IMG/VR virus record: IMGVR_UViG_3300046002_008717
Span: 32,001-96,000 of that record
Length of the DNA: 64,000 bases
Origin: a virus
Strand: one strand, 5' to 3'
Shown here: positions 9,601 to 18,022 of the stretch, piece after piece
Layout: each line of letters starts with the position of its first letter
Numbering within the stretch: position 1 is the stretch's first letter
The notes under the pieces: model-generated
The model's input: the letters and a program-made list of their open reading frames with translations, nothing else
Told to the model about the DNA's origin: nothing
Database searches by the model: none
Made by a program: the position numbers and the translations under genes

Positions 9601-10873
9601 AGGAACTTCTGGAACTAGTGGTAGTGGTGCTGCTGGAAGTAGTGGTACATCGGGTACATCATCCGGAGGGGGTTATATATTTACTAACGATGGAGGTCTT
9701 ACTTCAACAGGAACAACACAAGGTACTGCATTAGCATTAACTGCTAAGGTAAATTCAATAACAACGGTCGCACTAGATTCTGGGGTTATATTACCAAGTG
9801 CAGTAACAGATGATTTTATAACAGTTATAAATCATGGCGTTAATATATTAGATGTATATCCAGCTACTGGTGAAACCGTTGAAGGAGGAGCTGCTAATAT
9901 ACCATTTTTACTATACCCCGGGCAAGCATTCAGGGCAGGAGTAAGCACTACTGGTGCTTGGGATGGTGTAGATGTTAATCCTTATGATGATGAGAATGGT
10001 ATATTATCGATGAGATCATTATCTACTAATCCATCTACACCACCAAGTGGGACTTTATATTTATACCCAAAATCAATAGGGGGAAGAATATTACCTACAT
10101 TTGCTGCTCCATCAGGATTGGAATCTTCATTACAACCCAATTTGGGTAGAAATAGATCTATTTGGTGGCAACCTCTGGGTAATGCAACTACTGTACCTAT
10201 TACAACAGGTATTGCTGCAGCTACTGCATTAGGTACTGCAACTACTAGAACTGTTGCAGTAACCAATATAGCTACTAGAATTAAACGTCTTGGGTATGTT
10301 TCTGCGACTACTCCTGCAGGATCTATGGCGGGTCATTATTGGAGTTCAGCAGGTTCACAATTTACTACTGGTAACGGATCAGGTTTAGGTGGTTTTACTT
10401 ACTTTGAAAGAATTGTTGTATCTGATGCAAGTGCAGTGTCCGGTGCCAGGATGTTCATAGGCATGACTTCATCAACAGCTGCAGCAACAAATGTGGAACC
10501 GAGTACTATAACTAACTGTATGGGATTTGGGCAATTGTCAACAGATGCAACACAGTGGTATTTCTTCTATGGTGGTTCTTCTGCTCAAACACCCATTGCT
10601 ATGGGTACTGGATTAGGTGCACCTACACTTACAAATACCGCTTGGGATATTGCGATATTTGCTTTTCCTGGCACTGCAGGTAAAATAGGATACGAGATTA
10701 AAAATCTTAGTACTGGAACTTCGGTAGAAGCTACATTAACATTAACAATAACTACTCAAATACCAGCATCGACCACATTATTATCGCCAAGAGCATGGAG
10801 AACTATTAACGCAACAACTGGCGTAGCAGTTGGATTAGATATTTGTTCAATGTATATAGAAACAGACCAATAA
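6623..10873 (+). CDS. Second giant GTS-repeat fibre-like protein, 1416 aa, with a C-terminal putative receptor-binding domain
   Basis: Two Gly-X-Y blocks, an internal module shared with fibre 1, and a ~400-aa beta-rich C-terminus; followed by a chaperone-like ORF. Confidence 0.75.
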   Translation: MANFSYFYNLAVQPENLYNNIFTNLTVYPTKLYYDLMTFDIEIVFDFSLSAPQQVILEDTVNNSPPKDPNDAIFSGVIANTYNKVTITQPANNASLTISDGKTLSVPLDAWVSNTNTGDQDSTTLYLAGLTGSTYSSLQDLQNLFHSTGWINGGDITDAGSGLITVTGGQGAIRGIDSELAIIYFSDFPASSPSDVILTDLSDNYIYVEYNAGSPRIVATDIARNDNNTNFLLGIVYRNASVLNVNQGIRFGVKDKNHESLIGLQGGTAGEHIHLTAAEYALIGIGGTSGTSGSSGTSGTSGSSGTSGANGTSGSSGTSGTSGSSGTSGANGTSGTSGSSGTSGANGTSGTSGSSGTSGANGTSGTSGSSGTSGANGTSGSSGTSGTSGSSGTSGANGTSGTSGSSGTSGANGTSGANGTSGTSGTSGTSGANGTSGTSGSSGTSGANGTSGSSGTSGANGTSGTSGSSGTSGANGTSGSSGTSGANGTSGSSGTSGTSGTSGANGTSGTSGSSGTSGTSGANGTSGTSGANGTSGSSGTSGTSGANGTSGTSGLSGTSGTSGINGTSGTSGLSGTSGTSGINGTSGSSGTSGLPGDKYATTSTTSLTIATGAQSLTVGLGLAYTTGQSLVIANTSVNRMEGTVGTYNPTNGSLTGTITVIFGSGTFSSWEVNLGGAQGADGSSGISGSSGTSGSSGTSGANGTSGTSGTSGTSGINGTSGSSGTSGLSGTSGSSGTSGINGTSGSSGTSGSSGTSGISGTSGTSGANGTSGTSGINGTSGSSGTSGANGTSGTSGINGTSGTSGINGTSGTSGTSGINGTSGSSGTSGANGTSGTSGTSGTSGINGTSGTSGTSGANGTSGTSGINGTSGTSGLTGTSGTSGLTGTSGTSGLTGTSGTSGLTGTSGTSGLTGTSGSSGTSGLTGTSGSSGTSGLTGTSGTSGTSGLNGTSGTSGLNGTSGTSGLNGTSGTSGLTGTSGTSGLTGTSGTSGLTGTSGTSGSGAAGSSGTSGTSSGGGYIFTNDGGLTSTGTTQGTALALTAKVNSITTVALDSGVILPSAVTDDFITVINHGVNILDVYPATGETVEGGAANIPFLLYPGQAFRAGVSTTGAWDGVDVNPYDDENGILSMRSLSTNPSTPPSGTLYLYPKSIGGRILPTFAAPSGLESSLQPNLGRNRSIWWQPLGNATTVPITTGIAAATALGTATTRTVAVTNIATRIKRLGYVSATTPAGSMAGHYWSSAGSQFTTGNGSGLGGFTYFERIVVSDASAVSGARMFIGMTSSTAAATNVEPSTITNCMGFGQLSTDATQWYFFYGGSSAQTPIAMGTGLGAPTLTNTAWDIAIFAFPGTAGKIGYEIKNLSTGTSVEATLTLTITTQIPASTTLLSPRAWRTINATTGVAVGLDICSMYIETDQ
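7480..9665 (+). repeat. GTS/GSS/GAN/GIN/GLT triplet repeat blocks of fibre 2
   Basis: Directly visible 9-nt periodicity, interrupted at ~8408-8690. Confidence 0.95.
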
Positions 10874-10887
10874 AAAAAAATAATAAT

Positions 10888-11211
10888 ATGAAATACTTTA
10901 TGACTCAGGGTGGCTATGTAGTAAACGAAAACGGTATAGTTATACCCATGGATGAAGATTCACCTTTATATCCAGATTACGCAACTTATGTATTAGGTGG
11001 TAATTCAGTGGATTTTACTGATTATATAACCTCAGAAGAAATAGAAGATTCTAAGATTAAAATTAGAAAAGAATATAGCTATAGAATATCTAATATAGAG
11101 GGATTTCAAGAAGCATTAGAAAGAAAAATATTAGATGGCACAGAAATACCACAAAATATACTGGATGAAAGAGAATCACTTAGAATAGAATATAGAGATA
11201 GAATTGGATAA
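10888..11211 (+). CDS. Putative tail-fibre assembly/chaperone protein (start probably 10888)
   Basis: IPMDEDSPLYPDYATYVLGGN resembles the IPxDxxNxDYxxY...GN motif of fibre-associated proteins; ends ERESLR; directly follows the fibre gene. Confidence 0.5.
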   Translation: MKYFMTQGGYVVNENGIVIPMDEDSPLYPDYATYVLGGNSVDFTDYITSEEIEDSKIKIRKEYSYRISNIEGFQEALERKILDGTEIPQNILDERESLRIEYRDRIG

Positions 11212-11215
11212 AATC

Positions 11216-11244
11216 GAAACAATTCATATTTACTTTAGTATAAT
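11216..11244 (+). promoter_or_regulatory. Putative ECF-type (middle) promoter GAAAC-N17-GTATAAT
   Basis: One of 7 intergenic copies of this bipartite motif. Confidence 0.6.
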
Positions 11245-11264
11245 ACTTAAATATAAATATAAAT

Positions 11265-11540
11265 ATGTCAGAAACAGTAAAATTACCGGAAGAACTCGTA
11301 TTACAAATACAAGCATTAAAAGATGAATTAACGGAGAATATTATAAGAATAGGAAGATTAAATGTACAAAAATCTTTTTATGAAAAAGATTTAATAGCAT
11401 TAAATGAAGAATTATCATTTCTATATGATCAAGCAGATTTACTAAATACTAAAGAGTCAGATTTACAAAAATTGGTTATAGGTGAATATGGAAATGGCTC
11501 GTTAGATACAGGAAGTGGTTTATATACAAAAACCGAATAG
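11265..11540 (+). CDS. Small coiled-coil hypothetical protein
   Basis: Heptad pattern; C-terminal YGNGSLDTGSGLY motif; own promoter and terminator. Confidence 0.7.
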   Translation: MSETVKLPEELVLQIQALKDELTENIIRIGRLNVQKSFYEKDLIALNEELSFLYDQADLLNTKESDLQKLVIGEYGNGSLDTGSGLYTKTE

Positions 11541-11552
11541 AAATATACACTC

Positions 11553-11590
11553 AAAAAAAAAGATAATATGTAAATATTATCTTTTTTTTT
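11553..11590. terminator. Bidirectional intrinsic terminator between convergent genes
   Basis: A9-GATAATAT-GTAA-ATATTATC-T9 perfect inverted repeat. Confidence 0.85.
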
Positions 11591-11591
11591 G

Positions 11592-13727
11592 TTATTTTAT
11601 TAAATGCTGAATTTGTTTTATAACACTTTCTCCCGTTATAGCTTTATGACATTCGAATTGTTTTTCCGTATTTTTATGCTCAGGACACCAATTCCAATCA
11701 CCTTTATCAAACTTAAAATCCGGATTATTCCAGCATCCGTGGCATACCGATTCATCTATAATTCTAGTACAATTACTAATAAACTCGTGATCTTTTTCAG
11801 TAAAATTTGAAATCATAACAACGTGTTTATTTAAAGCCCATGCTAACCAAGAAAGACCACTGGATAATCCTATAAAAAATTCGCTATGATGTATGCAATT
11901 CATAGTATTCGTAATTGATGTATCTTTTAATTGAGTTACGTTTTTTAAATTCCCCGGGGATTTCGAAATATTAATTATCTTATATCCTCTAGCTACTAGA
12001 TAATCAACTAATACTTGCCAACCGGTTTCATTATTCCATAATTTTAATCCTGCAGTTGATTCATTAGCAATCGTAATATATTTTTTGGCTGATGGATTTT
12101 TAAGCGGTATAAAATCAATTTTAGGTTTTATTTCTTTGAAATCTAATCCTAGTATATTTGTTGCTGTTTTCTGCAATGGTATAGTACTAGGTAAAACCGG
12201 TTCTTTTTTATCATCATAAAACCATCCGATTCTATACATAGCAAATAAATCATTTACTATTATGCTAGGATCAACGAATTCCAATTCAGGATATGATTTT
12301 TTAAATAATTTATTCCAGAAAGTTGATACTACAATATCACATTTATGCTTATTCTTAAATTCCAATACATATGGAATCCAGCATATAGTATCGCCCAAAG
12401 AACTAGATTCAAAAGATATAAATACTTTTTTATTTTCTAAATTCATAGAATATGAATATACCAATTCATTATTTTTATTTCTGATCTTAATTCTCCAATC
12501 TGTATAATATTCTCTTGAGAGTTTTGTCCACATATTTGGGGTCATTTCACAAGTATGATATAGCGTATTATCATCATAGAAATCTACAGTATATTTTTCA
12601 TCCACATTACCAATTATTTCAAAAAATGGATTATTAACGAAATGCATATTATATTTTAGAGGTGCAGATATAGAATTATAATTTAGATCTTTATTAAATA
12701 TATTTTTTTCTATTTGAGTATTTTCTATGTTAGCTATTAATAGATTTCTAGTATCTTCAGATGTATATTCTTTTTTTATTATATTAACAACAGAATACAT
12801 CTTTAACATTCTTTTACATATTATGCTCCAATCAAATTTAACTATATTTAGCTGCGTTTGATCCGCATAATATTTATAGTTATCAAGGATTTCTTTAATT
12901 GCTAATGTAACGGATTCAGTATTTCTTTCCACTATTATCATACCATTAATTTTCTGTGATCCCTCATATGTACCAACTACTGGTAATCCGCAAGCTACCG
13001 CTTCCAATAATGTTAAATTTGGATGTCCAGCTTCGAGTACAGATGGATGTAGAAAAATTGAGTGGCTTCGGTATAGTTCTAAAATATCATCCTCCACTAA
13101 ATTATTAGTAATCAATGTTAGTTTATCATATTCCAACAAATCTTTATGGTGTTCAAAAAATAATTTATTATTTTCAGGCCCAGCTATAGTTATTGGCAAA
13201 TCTAATTTTTTAGCTGCCTCTATTGCATATCTAAATCCTTTTCTATCAAATGATGAATCCCCGCCTATTCCATTATTTGCTATACATAATAACCTATGAT
13301 CATTTCTATATAATACAGAAGGATTAAAGTATCCGGTTTCTACCCCATGAGATAAATAGAAAAGTTTATCGGTTTCTTCAAAAAAATCTACAAGAAATTC
13401 TGCATGCGTGAAAGATATTACAGATCCCCGGATTGCTTCCAAATTTTGATCATATACAAATGTATTTTTACCGTAATATACAACATGATGATCATGCAGT
13501 GAAAATATATAAGGTATTCCTTTTTTTGCTGCTTCTATTGCTAAATTTGCAATATGTATATGTACTATATCAGTATTATTTATATCAACATCATTTAAAT
13601 ATTTAATGTCGCATTCGTTTCCTAATATTTTTAATTCCTTTGTATAATTCCATATAACTTTCTCTACTGCACCCCATCCATTCGGAGGAATTGATATCAT
13701 GCCTGGCGTTACCTGTGTTATTTTCAT
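11592..13727 (-). CDS. Two-domain glycosyltransferase: N-terminal GT4 plus C-terminal autotransporter O-heptosyltransferase-like (TibC/Aah, GT-B) domain
   Basis: GT4: IPPNGWGAVEK, KGF, EAGHPNLTLLEAVACGLPV. C-terminus: SLGDTICWIPY, FIGLSSGLSWLAW, and the CHGCWN...WCPEH...FEC four-Cys cluster typical of the TibC/Aah family. Confidence 0.85.
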   Translation of the reverse strand: MKITQVTPGMISIPPNGWGAVEKVIWNYTKELKILGNECDIKYLNDVDINNTDIVHIHIANLAIEAAKKGIPYIFSLHDHHVVYYGKNTFVYDQNLEAIRGSVISFTHAEFLVDFFEETDKLFYLSHGVETGYFNPSVLYRNDHRLLCIANNGIGGDSSFDRKGFRYAIEAAKKLDLPITIAGPENNKLFFEHHKDLLEYDKLTLITNNLVEDDILELYRSHSIFLHPSVLEAGHPNLTLLEAVACGLPVVGTYEGSQKINGMIIVERNTESVTLAIKEILDNYKYYADQTQLNIVKFDWSIICKRMLKMYSVVNIIKKEYTSEDTRNLLIANIENTQIEKNIFNKDLNYNSISAPLKYNMHFVNNPFFEIIGNVDEKYTVDFYDDNTLYHTCEMTPNMWTKLSREYYTDWRIKIRNKNNELVYSYSMNLENKKVFISFESSSLGDTICWIPYVLEFKNKHKCDIVVSTFWNKLFKKSYPELEFVDPSIIVNDLFAMYRIGWFYDDKKEPVLPSTIPLQKTATNILGLDFKEIKPKIDFIPLKNPSAKKYITIANESTAGLKLWNNETGWQVLVDYLVARGYKIINISKSPGNLKNVTQLKDTSITNTMNCIHHSEFFIGLSSGLSWLAWALNKHVVMISNFTEKDHEFISNCTRIIDESVCHGCWNNPDFKFDKGDWNWCPEHKNTEKQFECHKAITGESVIKQIQHLIK

Positions 13728-13737
13728 TGTTAATTAT

Positions 13738-14730
13738 TTATGTAAATTGTATAATCCCATTTATTATGGATCTAGCATTTATGTCTTTATCTAGAGTATA
13801 TGTTTTTGTAATTTCGATTTCATTATTAGAATCATAAACACTAATATCCAATACGTCATTATTTATAGTAAAATTTCTATATGCCCAATAGTTACATATT
13901 ATTATTTGATCCTCTACTATAATATCATTTATTTTAATTACTAAGTGTTTATTTTCATTTGAATTATTATGATAATATAATACAGGAATAGATGGATCTT
14001 TTATATTATATAGCAATTCGACAATAAAGTTCTCGATCCTTAATATATTAATTTCGCTTTTTGCAAAATACTCGCTCGAATGTTCATCTATAATTAAAAA
14101 ATCGGATTCATATTTTTCTAATTTATCCAAAAATGCCAATTCTAATGTAAATTCCATTTGAGTATTATACCATTCATCTATATTAGTTGGGAGTTCAAAT
14201 ACTCTATTAAAATAAGATGGTGTTATACCAAAAAATTGGGTTTCATAAACTAATGAATTTTTACTTCTATCCCTAGTTTCTGTTGTAAAATTTTTAGGTT
14301 TAAAGAAAATACACTTTTTGTTATTTAATATCATTTCATCAAGAAGGGAATTTAATAATAATACGTCACTAGATTCAAATACATTATCATTTTCACTAAA
14401 ATATACAAAATCGTATTTTTTAATCTCTGAAAATTTAAAAGCATTATACATATTCTGACATATTGGCAACCCGTGGCTTTGATTATATACTTTTATAAAG
14501 AAAGCATCTAAGCTGCTCCAATAATACGGTGAAATATCTCGGGGTGTCAATGTTTGATTTTTATCAAAAATATAATAATCTATCATATTTTGTATTTCCG
14601 ATGACACCGGATAATGGCTAACCACCATTATATCAAATCCTATATTTTTTAAAGATAATATTTCTCTCTTTAATATATTCTCTTTCTTAGCTGTATTAGG
14701 ATATGCACCTATTACTATTAATTTTTTCAT
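13738..14730 (-). CDS. Putative GT-A-like glycosyltransferase domain protein (unassigned family)
   Basis: IVIGAYP...VVSHYPVS..IQ...DYYIFDKN, ENDN acidic motif and LELAF; paralogous to domains in two neighbouring genes. Confidence 0.55.
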   Translation of the reverse strand: MKKLIVIGAYPNTAKKENILKREILSLKNIGFDIMVVSHYPVSSEIQNMIDYYIFDKNQTLTPRDISPYYWSSLDAFFIKVYNQSHGLPICQNMYNAFKFSEIKKYDFVYFSENDNVFESSDVLLLNSLLDEMILNNKKCIFFKPKNFTTETRDRSKNSLVYETQFFGITPSYFNRVFELPTNIDEWYNTQMEFTLELAFLDKLEKYESDFLIIDEHSSEYFAKSEINILRIENFIVELLYNIKDPSIPVLYYHNNSNENKHLVIKINDIIVEDQIIICNYWAYRNFTINNDVLDISVYDSNNEIEITKTYTLDKDINARSIINGIIQFT

Positions 14731-16448
14731 CCTTTATGAAAAGTTTTATATTCCTTATCTATCAATGAATATCCATCAGCCTGAGTGGTAATTCTATTTT
14801 TCAATATACCCATATTAGTTCCACCGAATATTATATTAAAAAATGTATCCATACAATCCCATTTAGCTAATCTAAGTTTTTCCAATAGAAATTCTCTAGA
14901 TTTTAAAGGAAACATTATACACTGTAATCCTATTATTTTATTAGTAATAAATAATAAATTCTGGCCTGGTATTTCTTTGATTATATCTGATTGCTCCCAC
15001 CTAAAATCAAGTGTTTTTGTATCACCAAATGAAAAATACGTAATACCTTCTCTGTTCACTATATCGCACACCTCGTTAACTTTAGCAATAAAATCCATCA
15101 TTTCCGTTTCTATTATACAATCTCCCTCACATACCATAAGAAAATCTAGATCCTTATCAAATTCTGACATTATGCCAATTTTAAATGATTCAAAACATCC
15201 ATAATGTGAAGGTGTTAATGCCTTTCCGTATTCTGGATCGCCTATGCTATATTTTTCCATCCTTACATTATGTGGTCTTAATGAAGTATGCAATGGCGGT
15301 AATGAAGTATATACTGGATTTTGGTGCAAAACGTATTCTATACCATAATCAATTACATTTTCTAATGACTTTCTTGAATGTATTTCCCTATCATCATTAT
15401 TCGTAGTCTGTAGATGTAATAATTTAATTTTATGCTTTCTTTTATTGGTATTTACTAAATAGCAAGCTTTTTTTAGCTTATCTATGTTAGAATTATCAAC
15501 TTTTAAAGTAAATTTATTTTTTTCAGTTTTTATGCTTAAATCGAAAAAACTTTTACCCAAATTATATGAATACCAATTATTACCTTTCACTTTTATATTA
15601 TCTTCCTTGCCGTTTATAGTAACTATGATATCATCACTAAATGATGCTGCTATATAAAGTTCAAATGTATTATTTTCCGGATTCCAGACAACAAAATAAT
15701 TTGTTAGATCTAATGTTGATATTAGATCTATAGTTTCCCTACTATTTTTAAATAGCGTTATTTTGCCATCATTATTTGCTATATTATCAACAACTACGAT
15801 TTTATCCGAATCTTTAGAAAAATATTCATAATAAAATGTTTCTAAACAAAGACCCTTTAAATGTGAAGTTCTATCGATCCAATCTCGCTTGGAAATAAAT
15901 TTAGGTATGGTTGATAGATAAAAATCTAAATTCATATAGAAATATAATGTTTGATAACCGTTGAATGAATTTAGACGTAAATCTTCGAAATAAGCTTTTT
16001 TATTTAATTCGACCATTGATTTATCAAACTCTATTAAAACCTCTATGTCACCATCATTTAAAATAGAATCACCTACAAAAAAATGTATATTATCGTATCC
16101 TAATTGTTTCAAATATATAAAATTCTTATCAAATTGTCTTATTATTGAATATGTTACATCAAATGTATTAATGCCCTTACCTACTAGTTTAAAATTTTTT
16201 GTTGTATATGTTTGGTTTGAAAAGATATTCATTTTTTTGCTATCCAATATTTCTTGGAATGTGATTATATCGTTTTCATTATTATACAGCGAAAATGTAC
16301 ATATTTCTTGTATGCGTTCATCTATAGGTACTAATGATGTATAAATAACATCTTTACCAGTCTTTTTTAATTGCGATATACAATCTAGTACTATATTAAC
16401 TTTTTCTTCAGTATCTGCCCAAAAATTAACTACTATACAATTTTTCAT
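14727..16448 (-). CDS. Two-domain putative glycosyltransferase (N-terminal GT-A-like paralogue plus C-terminal GT25-like domain)
   Basis: C-terminal HYGCFESFK...MVCEGDC...GLQCIMFP...CMD resembles GT25 GCxxSH/EDD motifs. Confidence 0.6.
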   Translation of the reverse strand: MKNCIVVNFWADTEEKVNIVLDCISQLKKTGKDVIYTSLVPIDERIQEICTFSLYNNENDIITFQEILDSKKMNIFSNQTYTTKNFKLVGKGINTFDVTYSIIRQFDKNFIYLKQLGYDNIHFFVGDSILNDGDIEVLIEFDKSMVELNKKAYFEDLRLNSFNGYQTLYFYMNLDFYLSTIPKFISKRDWIDRTSHLKGLCLETFYYEYFSKDSDKIVVVDNIANNDGKITLFKNSRETIDLISTLDLTNYFVVWNPENNTFELYIAASFSDDIIVTINGKEDNIKVKGNNWYSYNLGKSFFDLSIKTEKNKFTLKVDNSNIDKLKKACYLVNTNKRKHKIKLLHLQTTNNDDREIHSRKSLENVIDYGIEYVLHQNPVYTSLPPLHTSLRPHNVRMEKYSIGDPEYGKALTPSHYGCFESFKIGIMSEFDKDLDFLMVCEGDCIIETEMMDFIAKVNEVCDIVNREGITYFSFGDTKTLDFRWEQSDIIKEIPGQNLLFITNKIIGLQCIMFPLKSREFLLEKLRLAKWDCMDTFFNIIFGGTNMGILKNRITTQADGYSLIDKEYKTFHKG

Positions 16449-16454
16449 TTTTTA

Positions 16455-16871
16455 TTAATGCTCTAAGTTATTTCTCATCGTTATACACTCATTTATAAAT
16501 CCATTTCTTTCATAAAAATTAACTCTATCAGGAAAACATGAAAGTATAACCTTATAGCAACCAAGATCTTTTGCTTTTTTTATTAATGCATCTAGTAATT
16601 TGCTACCTATATCGTTTCCTCTATATTTTTCTCTAATAGCGACATCCTCTATTAAACCTGCTATTCCCCCGTTACGTATTAATTTATTTTCTATGTGTAA
16701 AATGCCTGTTCCTATTATATCATTTTCATGTTCAACCACTAACATATGGTTATTATTGGATAGAAAGCTATTAAGTGTAAAATCGCTTATTTCTGAAATA
16801 GACCAAACCTCTTTATATGTTTCTAATAGCCCATTATCTATATCCTCTTTTTTAAAATCTCTAATTATCAT
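16455..16871 (-). CDS. GNAT N-acetyltransferase (GNA1/glucosamine-phosphate acetyltransferase-like)
   Basis: IEDVAI...YRGNDIG, GCYKVILSC, FYERNGF. Confidence 0.85.
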   Translation of the reverse strand: MIIRDFKKEDIDNGLLETYKEVWSISEISDFTLNSFLSNNNHMLVVEHENDIIGTGILHIENKLIRNGGIAGLIEDVAIREKYRGNDIGSKLLDALIKKAKDLGCYKVILSCFPDRVNFYERNGFINECITMRNNLEH

Positions 16872-18022
16872 ATGTATAATTTATATCCTTCTATTACTTT
16901 ATTAGCTACGTATTTTACCTCATCATCAGATAATTTCATATGCAAAGGTAATGATATTATTTCCTCGCTTATCCCATGTGAATATGGACAAGTTCCATAC
17001 CCATCGCTATACATTTTATAATGGGTATTATCTCTATAATGAACTCCTGGATATATGTTTTGTGTATTTAGATATTCCATGATTTTATTTCTATTTGGAA
17101 CTACAATCTGATATAAATGTCTAGATGAAACTATAGTTTCTTTACTAGTCTTTATAGATTTTATTGCAGTATTTTTAAAGAAATCATCATATAGTGAACA
17201 TATTTTTCGTCTTCTTATATTATCATCTTCCAGATATTTCAATCCAACTATTCCCATGGAAGCCATTATAGAATTTCCGTGATATTTATAACCAACATCA
17301 ACTAATTCATATTCCCATTTATAGCTTCCCTTATCATTGGTTCTTTGATACGTATCCTTGTCTATACCAAGCCAAGATAGTTTTCTTGCTACTGAATCAT
17401 AGTCATCATTTTTAAAACATATCATACCAGAATCAGCAGTTGGCAAATTCTTAACTGCTTGAAAGCTAAATATAGTAACGTCAGCATTATCACCTATATG
17501 AACAACATCCCCTTTATAATCTAATATTCTTGTCCCCGCCATATGTGCAGCATCCAGAATCAATTTGATCTTGTATTTTTTACATATATCTACAATTTTA
17601 GAATATTGCCCTGCATTTCCACCCATGCCTACAAATAAAACGGCTTTTGTTTTCTTTGTAATTCTTTTTTCTACTGATTCAGGATCCAAACATAAAAATT
17701 CATCCACATCAGCAAATATAGGTTTTAAATTCTCGTATAATATTGCATGATTGGTTGATATAAATGTTAATGGGGTTGTAATAATTTCATCACCATCTGA
17801 CCATTTATTAGCATCTTTCAATATCTTAACAGCCAGATGTAATCCGGAAGTATTAGAATTTAAAAAATGCGCATTTGGTAGATTTGTGTATTTTTTCCAA
17901 GCTTCCTCAAACTCTATAGTTTTATAACCTAATCCAGTCCATCCTTTATCTAAACATTCATTAATCTGTTCAGTAATTTCCTCGTTTCTAAAATAAGGAA
18001 CAAATAAATTTATATTATTCAT
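16868..18022 (-). CDS. DegT/DnrJ/EryC1/StrS PLP-dependent nucleotide-sugar aminotransferase
   Basis: NSNTSGLHLA, GDEIITTPLTF, DAAH, FSFQAVKNL (PLP lysine), ISLPLH. Confidence 0.92.
   Translation of the reverse strand: MNNINLFVPYFRNEEITEQINECLDKGWTGLGYKTIEFEEAWKKYTNLPNAHFLNSNTSGLHLAVKILKDANKWSDGDEIITTPLTFISTNHAILYENLKPIFADVDEFLCLDPESVEKRITKKTKAVLFVGMGGNAGQYSKIVDICKKYKIKLILDAAHMAGTRILDYKGDVVHIGDNADVTIFSFQAVKNLPTADSGMICFKNDDYDSVARKLSWLGIDKDTYQRTNDKGSYKWEYELVDVGYKYHGNSIMASMGIVGLKYLEDDNIRRRKICSLYDDFFKNTAIKSIKTSKETIVSSRHLYQIVVPNRNKIMEYLNTQNIYPGVHYRDNTHYKMYSDGYGTCPYSHGISEEIISLPLHMKLSDDEVKYVANKVIEGYKLYI

Noticed and set aside
1217-9665. CRISPR array or DGR-like repeats
   Set aside because: Repeats are in-frame coding triplets with no unique spacers; the duplicated module differs at all base types and there is no reverse transcriptase in the window
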